A stretch of 48,349 nucleotides of DNA from an uncultured Pseudomonadales bacterium (GTDB lineage: Bacteria; Pseudomonadota; Gammaproteobacteria; Pseudomonadales; Azotimanducaceae): positions 1-48,349 of the forward strand of contig CAZNFI010000002.1 of NCBI GenBank assembly GCA_964572185.1, written 5' to 3'. How positions within the stretch are numbered: the first letter of the stretch is position 1; each line of letters starts with the position of its first letter. The notes under the pieces are model-generated. The model made no database searches and was not told the origin of the DNA. It was given only the letters and a program-made list of their open reading frames with translations. Below, piece after piece: positions 1 to 9,275 of this stretch. The position numbers and the translations under genes were made by a program.

Positions 1-657
1 GCCGAGATCGATCTCCACGAACTTGGCGCCCAGTGATCGCACCTGCTCGGCGACCACCGGCCGCGTATCGAAGGCTTCCACCCGGGCACCGAGCCGCTTG
101 GCGGTGGCTATGGCCTGCAGCCCCGCTACCCCTGCGCCGATCACGAACACCCGGGCCGGCGCCAGGGTGCCCGCCGGCGTCATCATCATCGGGAAAATCC
201 TGTTGCTGTGGTAGGCCGCCTGCAGCACGGTGACGTAACCGGCCAGGTTGGCCTGGGAAGACAGCGCATCCATCTTCTGGGCCTTGGTGGTGCGCGGGAT
301 CATCTCCATGGAAATGACCGTCACGCCCTGGTCGGCCAGCGACTGCACCAGCGGCTTTTCATTGAACGGGTCGAGAAAGCTGATGTGGACGCAACCCGCT
401 TTCAGCAACGCTGTCTCCGTGGCATCCGGTTTGCGTACCCGCAGGACGACGTCGGCGGAACCCAGCATGGCGGCCCGGTCGTTGCCCACCGACGCACCGG
501 CCGCTTCATAGACTTCATCCGCATAGCCCGCCGCCGCGCCGGCGCCTGCCTCGACGGCAATTTCGAAGCCGGCCGCAACCAGCTTCCTGACGCCCGCGGG
601 CACGAGCGCCACCCGCAGTTCGCCGGGCCAGGTTTCCTTTGGCAACCCGATCAGCAT
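1..657 (-). CDS. pntA: NAD(P) transhydrogenase alpha subunit, N-terminal part (gene runs off the window start)
   Basis: Absent from the ORF track because there is no stop in the window. Reading the minus strand from the ATG (complement of 655-657) gives MLIGLPKETWPGELRVALVPAGVRKLVAAGFEIAVEAGAG...RTTKAQKMDALSSQANLAGY...VFVIGAGVAGLQAIATAKRLGARVEAFDTRP. This closely parallels the PntA N-terminus and its GxGxxG NAD site. Confidence 0.85.
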   Translation of the reverse strand, partial: MLIGLPKETWPGELRVALVPAGVRKLVAAGFEIAVEAGAGAAAGYADEVYEAAGASVGNDRAAMLGSADVVLRVRKPDATETALLKAGCVHISFLDPFNEKPLVQSLADQGVTVISMEMIPRTTKAQKMDALSSQANLAGYVTVLQAAYHSNRIFPMMMTPAGTLAPARVFVIGAGVAGLQAIATAKRLGARVEAFDTRPVVAEQVRSLGAKFVEIDLG

Positions 658-882
658 GAATATCCCCGTTTGACTCCGGCGCTGGGACCGGATGGCGAAA
701 GCGGCGACTTTACTAGCATTTATGCTGAAGTCCCACCCTTAACTGTTGCAACCGCCACTCGCATGGAACAATTCCCAAATCGTTTCTTTCTGCTCGCATG
801 AAACAATCTGTCTGGGGAGGTGGTTTTTGCGGACAGCGAGTGGGGTTGCAGCGGTTCGCCGCGCCGCGCGGCGGGGTCGGGC

Positions 883-1905
883 TCAGCGTTGAACGCGGGC
901 CGAGGCTTGGCCGCCGAGGAGGGATTCGATCTCGGCTGTGCCGGTACGGTGGAAGTCGCCGGGGATGGCGTGGTTGAGGCAGCCCGCGGCCACGGCGAAC
1001 TCGAGGGCGTCTTGCGGCGGGGCGTTGCCGAGCAGGCGGTAGATCAGGCCGGCGGTGAAGGCATCGCCGGTGCCGATGCGGTCGGCAATATGGCGGATGT
1101 CGTAGTAGCGTGCCAGGTGGAACCCGGACTGGGAACGCAGGCAGCCCGACCAGCCATTGCTGTTGGCTCCGCGCACGTCGCGCCAGGTGCCGGCAACCAT
1201 CTGCAGGTTGGGATAAGCGGCCATGGCGTCGGCGCTCAGCCTTTCGTAGAGCGTCCCGTAGTCGTCCGCAGCGGCAGTGGGAGCCTCTATTTCGAACATC
1301 ACGCGGAAGTCATCGGCACCGGCGACCAGCACGTCGACGCCGGCAACCAGTTCTTTCATGACCGACGCCGGGGATGCGCCATAGTTCCAGAGCTTGCTGC
1401 GGTAGTTGGCATCGCAGGAGACGGTGGCGCCGAGTGTTCGCGCGCAATCGACCGCGGTGCGGGTTGCATCGGCCGCAGCCTGGCTGAGTGCCGGGGTGAT
1501 GCCGGTGATGTGCAGCCACCGGGCGCCGACCAGTATGGCGGGCCAGTCGAGATCGCCGGGTTCGACGGTGGCGATGGCCGAACCGGTGCGGTCGTAGGTT
1601 ACGCGGGTGCCGAGATAGCCGGAACCGGGCTCCACGAAATAGATGCCAAGCCGCTCACCGCGCCGGCAGACCGCGTCGGTACCGACCCCGAACGCCCGCA
1701 GGGCGGACAGCGTGGCATCGCCAAGCGGGTTGTCGGGCAGGGCGGTCGCTACCGAGACATCGATGCCGAAGCCCGCCAGTGCCACAGCCACATTGGTTTC
1801 CGCACCACCGAGAGCAGCATCGAAACGCGGCGACTGCAGCAGGCGTTCATGGCCCGGCGCCGTCAGGCGCAGCATGATTTCCCCGAAACAAACCACATCC
1901 GCCAT
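883..1905 (-). CDS. kdgK: 2-dehydro-3-deoxygluconokinase / PfkB-family sugar kinase
   Basis: ORF 883..1929. MADVVCFGEIMLRL... N-terminus and C-terminal DRIGTGDAFTAGLIY (PfkB signature). GGAGGA lies 8 nt upstream of the ATG at 1905, so that start is preferred over 1929. Confidence 0.8.
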   Translation of the reverse strand: MADVVCFGEIMLRLTAPGHERLLQSPRFDAALGGAETNVAVALAGFGIDVSVATALPDNPLGDATLSALRAFGVGTDAVCRRGERLGIYFVEPGSGYLGTRVTYDRTGSAIATVEPGDLDWPAILVGARWLHITGITPALSQAAADATRTAVDCARTLGATVSCDANYRSKLWNYGASPASVMKELVAGVDVLVAGADDFRVMFEIEAPTAAADDYGTLYERLSADAMAAYPNLQMVAGTWRDVRGANSNGWSGCLRSQSGFHLARYYDIRHIADRIGTGDAFTAGLIYRLLGNAPPQDALEFAVAAGCLNHAIPGDFHRTGTAEIESLLGGQASARVQR

Positions 1906-2082
1906 GGATCCTGTCCTCCGCTGGTCCATGCTGCGACGGCCGGTCGCAGACGGGCACGCAGCACGCCCGCGGCTGCCATTATGCCCCTACCCCGATGTGA
2001 CGGGCACTCCCCGCCGGGTTACAGTTGATGCTACGCAGTCGGGCTCCCAGGGTTGGCGAACCGGCATGAGGGAAGGGACCAC

Positions 2083-3210
2083 ATGAGCCGCAGCAAGATC
2101 ACCAACGCCTCGGCGGCGGTCGCCGTCGGGGTGGCGTTCCTGGTCGGGATGGTCGGCAGCCTGGCACTACGGCCGGCCGGCGGAACCGGAGCTTCAGAAA
2201 CTTCCGCCGCGACTTCGGAATCTGGCGTCGTGCGGCGCGTGTACTGGCGCCTGCCGCTGTCGTTTCAGACCACCATGCCGGTGCTGGGCGACAACCCCAT
2301 CTACGTCACCGAGGCACTGCGCGAGTCGTCCGGCGGCGCCATCGATATCCGCCTGTTCGAGCCCGGCGAAGTGGTGCCCGCGTTCGGCATCAGCGAGGCG
2401 GTGCGCGACGGCAAGGTCGAGGCGGGCTACACCTGGCTGGGCTACGACCAGGGGCGCATTCCGTCCGCGGCTCTGCTCGCCGCCGTGCCGTTCGGCATGG
2501 AACCCTGGGAGTACGCGGCCTGGTGGTTCGAAGCCGGTGGCCGCGAGGCAGGCCAGGCGCTATACGCCAAGCAGAACGCACACATCATCTTCTGCGGCCT
2601 GACCGGGCCGGAAACCGCCGGCTGGTTTCGGGAACCGGTACGCAGCCTGGCCGACATGCAGGGCTTGAAGATCCGATTCGCCGGCATCGGCGGCAAGGTC
2701 ATCGAGCAGACCGGGGCTTCGGTCACCATGCTGCCCGGCGGCGAGATATTCCAGGCACTGGAAAAGGGAGCCATCGATGCCACGGAATACGCCTTGCCCA
2801 TCGTCGACCAGGCGCTCGGCTTCAACCGGGTGGCCACATTCAACTACTACCCCGGCTGGCACCAGCCGTCCACGGCCTCGCACCTGATCGTCAACACCGA
2901 TGTCTGGAGGCGCACCGGGGCTGCCGACCGCAAGATGATCGAGACGGCCTGCACGGCCGGCGTGCTGCGCAATCTGGCGCGCAGCGAAGCGCTGCAGGGG
3001 GCGGTGATCGCCGGCTTCCCCGAGGTCGGCGTCACGGCCGAAAGCCTGCCGGTCGAGGTGCTGCGGGAACTGCAGCGCATCAACGACGCGGTGTTGGAGG
3101 AAGAGGCTGGCAAAGACGCGGACTTCGCCGCAATCCTGGCCTCGCAGAACGCCTTCCGCGCCGACTACGCACATTGGAAGGCGCGCGCCTACCTGCCCAG
3201 GGACTTCTGA
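2083..3210 (+). CDS. TRAP transporter substrate-binding protein (DctP-type, COG4663-like)
   Basis: ORF 2053..3210. Signal-peptide-like N-terminus (MSRSKITNASAAVAVGVAFLVG), followed immediately by the small and large TRAP permease genes. RBS-like GGGAAGGGA precedes the ATG at 2083. Confidence 0.8.
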   Translation: MSRSKITNASAAVAVGVAFLVGMVGSLALRPAGGTGASETSAATSESGVVRRVYWRLPLSFQTTMPVLGDNPIYVTEALRESSGGAIDIRLFEPGEVVPAFGISEAVRDGKVEAGYTWLGYDQGRIPSAALLAAVPFGMEPWEYAAWWFEAGGREAGQALYAKQNAHIIFCGLTGPETAGWFREPVRSLADMQGLKIRFAGIGGKVIEQTGASVTMLPGGEIFQALEKGAIDATEYALPIVDQALGFNRVATFNYYPGWHQPSTASHLIVNTDVWRRTGAADRKMIETACTAGVLRNLARSEALQGAVIAGFPEVGVTAESLPVEVLRELQRINDAVLEEEAGKDADFAAILASQNAFRADYAHWKARAYLPRDF

Positions 3211-3809
3211 TGGAGGGCGCGCCGCATGCGGAAACTCCCGCGGCAACGTTCGGGCTGAAGCTGCCGCAGACACGCCTGTCCCGCGTCGTCGACCCCTGGC
3301 TGGACAGGATCGGTCACTGGTCTTCCTGGCTGTGGCTGCTGCTGGTCGCGGTCATCGTCGTCAACGTGATCCTGCGTTACGTGTTCGGAGAAGGCCGCAT
3401 CGAGTTCGAGGAAATCCAGTGGCACCTCTACGCAACCGGGTTCCTGCTCGGCCTCGGCTACGCCTTGCGCGCAGACGCGCACATTCGCGTGGATGTCCTG
3501 CACGAGCGGTTTTCGCCGACATTGAAAGCCTGGATCGAGCTGTACGGGCTGCTGCTGCTGTTGTTGCCGTTCATTGCCGTGGTGCTGGTCTTCAGCGTGC
3601 CGTTCGTGCGCGCCAGTTTCGAATTCGGCGAGGTCTCGGTGTCGCCCGGCGGCCTGCCCTACCGCTGGGCGATGAAAGCGGTGTTGCCGCTCGGCTTCCT
3701 GCTGTTGCTGCTGGCGGCTGCCTCGCGGCTGTCGAGGGTGTGGAGTTTCCTGTTTCTAGACGCTGGCGACGGCGAGGATGGAAACCGGGGCGAAAACGGC
3801 GATGACTGA
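3210..3809 (+). CDS. TRAP transporter small permease (DctQ-type)
   Basis: In-frame part of ORF 2523..3809 starting at ATG 3210, which overlaps the upstream TGA (TGATG). About 4 hydrophobic helices (WLWLLLVAVIVVNVILRYVFG..., LLLLLPFIAVVLVF...). Sits between the SBP and the large permease. Confidence 0.75.
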   Translation: MEGAPHAETPAATFGLKLPQTRLSRVVDPWLDRIGHWSSWLWLLLVAVIVVNVILRYVFGEGRIEFEEIQWHLYATGFLLGLGYALRADAHIRVDVLHERFSPTLKAWIELYGLLLLLLPFIAVVLVFSVPFVRASFEFGEVSVSPGGLPYRWAMKAVLPLGFLLLLLAAASRLSRVWSFLFLDAGDGEDGNRGENGDD

Positions 3810-4003
3810 GCGAACGCGCATTGGCACGGCCTGCCGGAGTCACTGGCGCGACGACGCGACCGCCCCCCTGCATGAGGCCGGCGGCGCCCCCCGGCACGCA
3901 CCGTTTGTCACCCTCGACCTGATTCGATCTCCGGGCGGTGCGCGCGCCGGGGCGCATTCGCCATGCCGACGCGCCCGCCTGGCCTGGCAGGCAAGGAGCG
4001 CCC

Positions 4004-5353
4004 ATGCAGCCCAATGAAGTGCTGGCGCTGCTCATGTTCGCCAGCTTCATCGGTCTGGTGTTCACCGGCTTTCCGGTAGCCTGGATCCTGGGCGGGCTGT
4101 CGATCCTGTTCACGGCGCTGGCCATCGTCCTGCATGTGGACTTCAACGTGCCGTTTGCCATCGACTGGAACTACGCCTCGCTGGTGGTCGACCGTTCCTG
4201 GAACGTGATGGAGAACTGGGTGATGGTGGCGCTGCCCATGTTCATCTTCATGGGGCTGCTGCTGGACCGTTCCGGCATCGCCCGGGAACTCATGGTCAGC
4301 TTCTCGCGGCTGTTCGGCGGTGTGCGCGGCGGCCTGGCGGTTACGGTCACGCTGATCGGCGTGCTGCTCGCCGCCACCACCGGCATCATCGGTGCCTCGG
4401 TGGTGCTGCTGGCGCTGCTCGGCCTGCCGGTGATGCTCAATCAGGGTTATGACCGCTCGCTGGCCTCCGGCACCGTTTGCGCCGTCGGCACCCTTGGCAT
4501 CCTCATACCGCCGAGCATCATGCTGGTGCTGATGGCCGACCGCATGGCGATGAGCGTCGGCGACCTCTTTCTCGGCGCCGTGTTTCCCGGCATCCTGCTC
4601 GGCGGCCTGTACGTCGCCTATCTGCTGTTGTACGCCGGCCTGCGGCCGCAGGTGGCGCCCGCCGGCGCGCGGCAAACCGTCGACTGGAAAGCCATCCGCG
4701 CCTTGTTCGCCGCCATTCTGCCGCCGGCGGGGCTGATCCTGGCCGTGCTCGGCAGCATTTTCTTCGGCCTGGCGACACCCACCGAGGCGGCCGGCGTCGG
4801 CGCCGCGGCGGCATTGCTGCTGGCACTGGTCAAGCGGCAACTCGACCGTGGCGTCATGAAGCAGGTGCTGGTGGAGACCACGCGCACCACTGCTTTCATT
4901 TTCGCCGTACTGCTCGGCGCCACCGCATTCGCCCTGGTGCTGCGCGGCCTGGGCGGCGATGAACTGATCGAGCGGGCACTGCTCACCCTGCCGTTCGAAC
5001 CGGCCGGCATCGTCATCGCCATCCTGTTCGCCACGTTTCTGCTCGGGTTCTTTCTGGACTGGATCGAGTTGACGCTGATCATTCTGCCGCTGGTCTCGCC
5101 TGTGGTGGTCAACCTGGGATTCGACCCGGTCTGGTTCACGGTGCTGTTCGCCGTCTGCCTGCAGACCAGCTTTCTCACTCCGCCCGTGGGATTCTCGATC
5201 TTTTACCTGAAGGGAGTCGCACCGAAGGAGATCGACGTGCGCACCATTTACCGGGGCGTCATCCCGTTCATTCTGCTGCAACTGGCCGGACTGATCATCA
5301 TCTTCAACTGGCAGGAACTGGTGACCTGGCTGCCGGCGCAAGCTTATCGCTGA
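4004..5353 (+). CDS. TRAP transporter large permease (DctM-type)
   Basis: ORF 3938..5353. Polytopic membrane protein. AAGGAG RBS precedes the ATG at 4004 (MQPNEVLALLMFASFIGLVFTGFPVAW...). Confidence 0.85.
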   Translation: MQPNEVLALLMFASFIGLVFTGFPVAWILGGLSILFTALAIVLHVDFNVPFAIDWNYASLVVDRSWNVMENWVMVALPMFIFMGLLLDRSGIARELMVSFSRLFGGVRGGLAVTVTLIGVLLAATTGIIGASVVLLALLGLPVMLNQGYDRSLASGTVCAVGTLGILIPPSIMLVLMADRMAMSVGDLFLGAVFPGILLGGLYVAYLLLYAGLRPQVAPAGARQTVDWKAIRALFAAILPPAGLILAVLGSIFFGLATPTEAAGVGAAAALLLALVKRQLDRGVMKQVLVETTRTTAFIFAVLLGATAFALVLRGLGGDELIERALLTLPFEPAGIVIAILFATFLLGFFLDWIELTLIILPLVSPVVVNLGFDPVWFTVLFAVCLQTSFLTPPVGFSIFYLKGVAPKEIDVRTIYRGVIPFILLQLAGLIIIFNWQELVTWLPAQAYR

Positions 5354-5430
5354 GCCGGCATGAGTCCTGACCAGCCCATGACGGTCCGGCAAACAATGAT
5401 TTGCCGCAGGCCATTCGGCACAATGCCGCA

Positions 5431-6051
5431 ATGACCCGCATCGCCGTACTCGCCTCCCACGGTGGCTCCATCCTGCAAGCCGTCATGGACGCCTCTCGTG
5501 CCGGCGACCTGCCGGCCGAGGTCGTTCTGGTCATCGGCAACAACAGTGGCTCACTGGCCCTCGAGCGCGCCGCCAGGGCAGGCATCCCATGCCTGCACCT
5601 CAGCAGCAGAACGCACCCCGACCCGGAAGAACTGGACCGTGCCATCCGCGATGCGTTGCTCGGCGCAGGCGCCGACTGGGTCATGCTTGCCGGGTACATG
5701 AAGAAACTCGGCGACCGGACGCTGGCTGCTTTCCCGCACCGCATACTCAATACACACCCCGCCCTGTTGCCAAAACACGGCGGCCGCGGATTCTACGGCC
5801 GCAAGGTGCACCAAGCGGTGATCGATTCAGGCGAGCGGGAATCCGGCGCCACGGTGCACTTCGTGGATGCCGACTACGACACCGGCCCGACCGTTGCCCA
5901 GGTGCGTGTGCCAGTACCGCCAGGCGACACCGTCGCCGATCTGGAACAGCGCGTTCAGACCGCCGAGCGGGTACTGGTGGTGCACACCCTGCGCGACCTC
6001 ATCCTGGGCCGCTACCGCACCGGGCAGGCCGTCACGCATTCAAAATCTTGA
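5431..6051 (+). CDS. purN: Phosphoribosylglycinamide formyltransferase
   Basis: ORF 5401..6051. MTRIAVLASHGGSILQAV..., ILNTHPALLPKHGG, GATVHFVDADYDTGP: the classic PurN formyltransferase motifs. Confidence 0.85.
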   Translation: MTRIAVLASHGGSILQAVMDASRAGDLPAEVVLVIGNNSGSLALERAARAGIPCLHLSSRTHPDPEELDRAIRDALLGAGADWVMLAGYMKKLGDRTLAAFPHRILNTHPALLPKHGGRGFYGRKVHQAVIDSGERESGATVHFVDADYDTGPTVAQVRVPVPPGDTVADLEQRVQTAERVLVVHTLRDLILGRYRTGQAVTHSKS

Positions 6052-6862
6052 GGGCCGCCTCGTGAACCCGCCGGTCGCCCGCCGCGGCCACCGGGCCACC
6101 CATGGCAGGGTCGCCGCCGGACCAGGAAGTGATGATCCCGCCCGCGCCCCGCACGATGGGAATCAGCGCCTGAATGTCGTAGGCCTGCAAACTGTCCTCG
6201 ATCACCAGATCCAGGCAGCCCATGGCAAGCAGCGCATAGTTGTAGCAGTCGCCGCCGAATCGGGTGAAGCGACACCGCTCATCGACCGCTTGAAACGCAT
6301 TGAGTGTTTCGGCGGTCTGAAAGATGCGTGGGGTGGTTGCGGCCAGCGCTGCATCGCCCAGGGCCGCGCAGGGGCGCACCCTTAAATCGCGGCTCTCGCT
6401 ACCACGCCGGTAGCCGGCCCGTTCGCCGGTGCCGAAAAAGGACTCCCCGGCAAACGGCTGGTGCATGACGCCAAGTACCGGCTCGCGCCCGTCGAACAGC
6501 CCGAGCAACACGCCCCAGTGCAGCATGCCGGTCACGAAACCACGCGTACCGTCGATGGGGTCGATCACCCAGGTCAGGCCATTGCCTTCGAGAAAACCGA
6601 ATTCCTCACCGAACAGGCCGTGATCCGGGCAGTCCCGCCCCAGGCGTTCCCGAATGATCGTCTCGGCGAGCCGGTCTGCCTCCGTTACCGGATCGAATCC
6701 CCGGCCCTGCTCCGCCGCCCCGCCCTTGTTGTCCACCGCCGCGGCGTTACGAAAGTACGGCAGCGTCGCAGCCCCCGCCTGTTCCGCCAGTTCCAGAGCC
6801 AGTTCGAGCCAAAACTGCTTCTGCTCCGCGGCGATTTCAACTCTTTCCGAATAACCCAACAT
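6032..6862 (-). CDS. Inositol monophosphatase family protein (possibly HisN-type histidinol-phosphatase)
   Basis: ORF 6032..6892. FDPVTEADRLAE and WVIDPIDGTRGF motifs of the IMPase/FBPase fold. Start is ambiguous (6862 or 6892). The 3' end overlaps the purN stop by 20 nt, convergently. Confidence 0.75.
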   Translation of the reverse strand: MLGYSERVEIAAEQKQFWLELALELAEQAGAATLPYFRNAAAVDNKGGAAEQGRGFDPVTEADRLAETIIRERLGRDCPDHGLFGEEFGFLEGNGLTWVIDPIDGTRGFVTGMLHWGVLLGLFDGREPVLGVMHQPFAGESFFGTGERAGYRRGSESRDLRVRPCAALGDAALAATTPRIFQTAETLNAFQAVDERCRFTRFGGDCYNYALLAMGCLDLVIEDSLQAYDIQALIPIVRGAGGIITSWSGGDPAMGGPVAAAGDRRVHEAALKILNA

Positions 6863-6973
6863 CGACCGGCCACCGCTACACAAAGGTGCCATTATCTATC
6901 ATGGCAGCCGCCTGCACGCTCGCCGGGAACAAATAGTCCGGCGGCGTGGATTTTCCAGACACCGAGCGGCCAT

Positions 6974-7115
6974 GCCGGGGAGTCTTGGCGCGCACTGCCC
7001 ACAGGCGCTCATGTACGATGGGGGCTTCGGTATGCTTTGACTGCGCAGCAAGACACCCCCGGCAAGCCCGCTCCCGTTCAGGGGTGCAACGCTGCTGCCC
7101 GCATGACCGTGGCGA
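6974..7115. repeat. ~140-nt non-coding repeat, copy E1 (paralog of 48038-48176)
   Basis: By-eye alignment with 48038-48176. Shared blocks are GCGCACTGCCCACA(G/T)GCGCTCA, then a 22-nt variable spacer of equal length, then GCTTTGACTGCGC.G.AAGACAC.CC.GGCAAGCCC.CTC. Roughly three quarters identical in the conserved blocks. Confidence 0.7.
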
Positions 7116-7128
7116 CTCACCAGGACGC

Positions 7129-8472
7129 ATGACGCAACGAGATCTCACCCAGGGTTCAGTACCCCGTTCGCTGTTGAAGCTGACGGCCCCCATGACCATG
7201 GGCATCTCCTCGGCGATCATCGTGCAGACCCTGGAGATGGGTTTCATCGGCCAGTTGAGCATCGGCCATGTGGCGGCGATGACCTTCACCTTTCCCCTGA
7301 CCATGATCCTGTCCAGCATCGCGCTCGGCATCGGCATCGGCGCCTCATCGATCATCGCGCGCAGCGTCGGCAGCGGCGACCGGGACGATGTGCGGCGCCT
7401 GGGAACGCACAGCATCGTGCTGGTCACCATTGCCATGGCGCTGCTGGCGGTGGCCGGCTGGGCCACCATCGACCCGGTGTTCCTGGCGCTCGGCGCGCCC
7501 AGGGACATGCTGCCCCTCATTCACAGCTACCTGGACATCTACTTCCCGGGCGTGGTGCTGTTCACCATCAGCATGACCGCCAGCAGCGTCATGCGCGCCG
7601 CCGGCAGTGCCAACATACCTGGCGTGGTGATCACCCTGGGAGCGGTTCTCAACCTGGCCATCGATCCCATCCTGATCTTCGGCTGGTTCGGCTTCCCCAG
7701 GATGGAACTGGCCGGCGCGGCCACCGCCATGACCGTCACCCGGCTGATCACCACAGTTGTGCTCCTGCACTATCTCTACCGCAGCGAACTGGTCGGCACC
7801 ACAGCCATCTGGAAACGGTTCTGGGGCTCCACCCGGCGCATCCTGCACATCGGTGTCCCCGCCATCGCCACCCAGTTGATCGGCCCCATATCGGCTGCCG
7901 TGATCACGCGCCTGCTTGCCGATCACGGCGAAATCGTGGTCGCCGGGTTCGGTGTGGCCACCCGCATCGAGATCGTGGCCATCATCGCCCTGTTCGCCCT
8001 GTCGGGCAGCATCGGTCCCTTCGTCGGGCAGAACTGGGGCGCCAACCGGCTGGACCGGGTGCGCGGCGGAATGCAGGCCGCCTACGTCTTCTGCCTGGGC
8101 TGGGGATTGCTGACGGCCGGCGTGCTGTTTCTTTTCGGCAGCACCATGGCGCCCTGGATCAGCGACGATCGCGAGGTGACGGCCGTTGCCGTGTTCTATC
8201 TGGCACTGGTGCCCTGGAGCCACGGGCTGTGGGGCGTGCTGATGATTGCGTCGGCATCCTTCAACGGGCTCGGCAAACCCATTCCATCGACCGTCCTGTC
8301 GTTCGCCCGCATGTTCGTACTGAATGTTCCCCTCGCTCTGATGCTCAACGAAGTCTGGGGGTACGAAGGCATATTCCTGGCCACAGCCGTTGCAAACTGC
8401 CTGATGGGCATTGCCGCGTTTCTGTGGTTTCGCCACGCGTTTTTTCCGGTACGGCAGCAACAGCGCATCTGA
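7129..8472 (+). CDS. MATE family efflux transporter
   Basis: ORF 6946..8472. From ATG 7129: MTQRDLTQGSVPRSLLKLTAPMTMGISSAIIVQTLEMGFIG..., a typical MATE N-terminus with about 12 TM segments. Confidence 0.8.
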   Translation: MTQRDLTQGSVPRSLLKLTAPMTMGISSAIIVQTLEMGFIGQLSIGHVAAMTFTFPLTMILSSIALGIGIGASSIIARSVGSGDRDDVRRLGTHSIVLVTIAMALLAVAGWATIDPVFLALGAPRDMLPLIHSYLDIYFPGVVLFTISMTASSVMRAAGSANIPGVVITLGAVLNLAIDPILIFGWFGFPRMELAGAATAMTVTRLITTVVLLHYLYRSELVGTTAIWKRFWGSTRRILHIGVPAIATQLIGPISAAVITRLLADHGEIVVAGFGVATRIEIVAIIALFALSGSIGPFVGQNWGANRLDRVRGGMQAAYVFCLGWGLLTAGVLFLFGSTMAPWISDDREVTAVAVFYLALVPWSHGLWGVLMIASASFNGLGKPIPSTVLSFARMFVLNVPLALMLNEVWGYEGIFLATAVANCLMGIAAFLWFRHAFFPVRQQQRI

Positions 8473-8576
8473 ACGAAGCGGCCCCGGCATGCTGCCCCGC
8501 CACCGCTGGAATGCCCCTCTCGCATGCGGATCAGGTGGTCAATTGGGCCGGGCGGCGCGGCCGTCAAGTTGTGCCG

Positions 8577-9125
8577 TCAGCCCTGAATCTTGCTGGCCGT
8601 ATCGCCCACCCGAACGGTGCCGGCCTCGACCACCCGCGCGTTGATGCCGCGCAAGTTGCACTGCCGGCCCCGCCGCGAATTGAAAAAGCGTGTAGCGTCG
8701 GGGCCGTAGCGTGCAGAGAACTTGCGGCAGCCGGTGTGCGGTTCGGCCGTTACCTCGATGACGGCCGCACCAAGCCGCAGGCGCGTGCCCGGCGGCAGGT
8801 TTTCGTCACTCAGGTCGAGGTCGATGTAAAGCTGGTCGCCCGCCAGCGCCCAGCGCTCCCGGCTCTGTGCGACCAGCGCCGCGGCCCGGGCGTTCATGAC
8901 GGTAATCTGCGTATCCAGCAACTCGTCCGATTTCAGACCGTACTTGTTGGTATGCCAGTTGTCGCCGACCAGCCCTCGTTCGGGGTCGAGAAAGCCCTCA
9001 TCCATCATTTCCCGCTGATCGGTTCCGGGCCGGCGTACGATCATCTGCACCGGACCGCCGTCCTCGGGCGATTGCCGGACGTGAGCGAAACCCGCTTCGA
9101 GTTCTTCCCGGGTCAGGTGTTTCAT
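8577..9125 (-). CDS. MOSC domain-containing protein
   Basis: ORF 8577..9260. From ATG 9125: MKHLTREELEAGFAHV...; C-terminal ...IEVTAEPHTGCRKF...GINARVVEAGTVRVGD is typical of the MOSC beta-barrel with its conserved Cys. Confidence 0.7.
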   Translation of the reverse strand: MKHLTREELEAGFAHVRQSPEDGGPVQMIVRRPGTDQREMMDEGFLDPERGLVGDNWHTNKYGLKSDELLDTQITVMNARAAALVAQSRERWALAGDQLYIDLDLSDENLPPGTRLRLGAAVIEVTAEPHTGCRKFSARYGPDATRFFNSRRGRQCNLRGINARVVEAGTVRVGDTASKIQG

Positions 9126-9275
9126 GAGGTGGATTCCGGTGCGGCAATTGCGTGAGGCGGGCAATATGCGCCAAGGCGATACATCCTTCAACCAGATGAG
9201 CGGGCGCCCGTACTCGCTTTGCCGGTGTCGATGGGGTATTAATTGACGCCCCTTGCGCAACCATCCAGACCGCCG

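Noticed and set aside
2005-2050. Possible degenerate copies of the ~100-nt element: ACAGTTGATGCTACGCAG upstream of the TRAP SBP gene, and GTCAAGTTGTGCCGTCA at 8556-8576.
   Set aside because: Only 10-15 nt of loose similarity, without the flanking hairpin or the ACGCAACTC block. This is too weak to call by eye.
3908-5431. Many long ORFs antisense to or out of frame with the called genes. Examples: 3908..5431 -, 7345..8490 -, 9285..10493 -, 10403..12262 +, 19017..20957 +, 22169..23749 -, 35185..36654 -, 36381..37805 +, 41974..43245 +, 44621..45976 +, 45642..46640 +.
   Set aside because: Their translations are Arg/Pro/Gly/Ala-rich low-complexity strings typical of shadow frames in GC-rich DNA. 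Each fully overlaps an ORF with clear family motifs on the other strand or frame.
6946-7128. Possible Cys/His-rich N-terminal extension of the MATE protein, or a conserved small ORF. Repeats E1 and E2 stay in frame with each other (22-nt spacer of equal length, 3-nt indel) and share ...RTAH.RS...FDCA.RH..QA.S....V.RC.
   Set aside because: Counting E1/E2 differences in that frame gives roughly 5, 7 and 8 at codon positions 1, 2 and 3, so there is no third-position bias. The composition looks like non-coding GC-rich translation. In E2 the frame has no sensible start and runs on through the unrelated element D. MATE proteins normally begin near the MTQRD... start.
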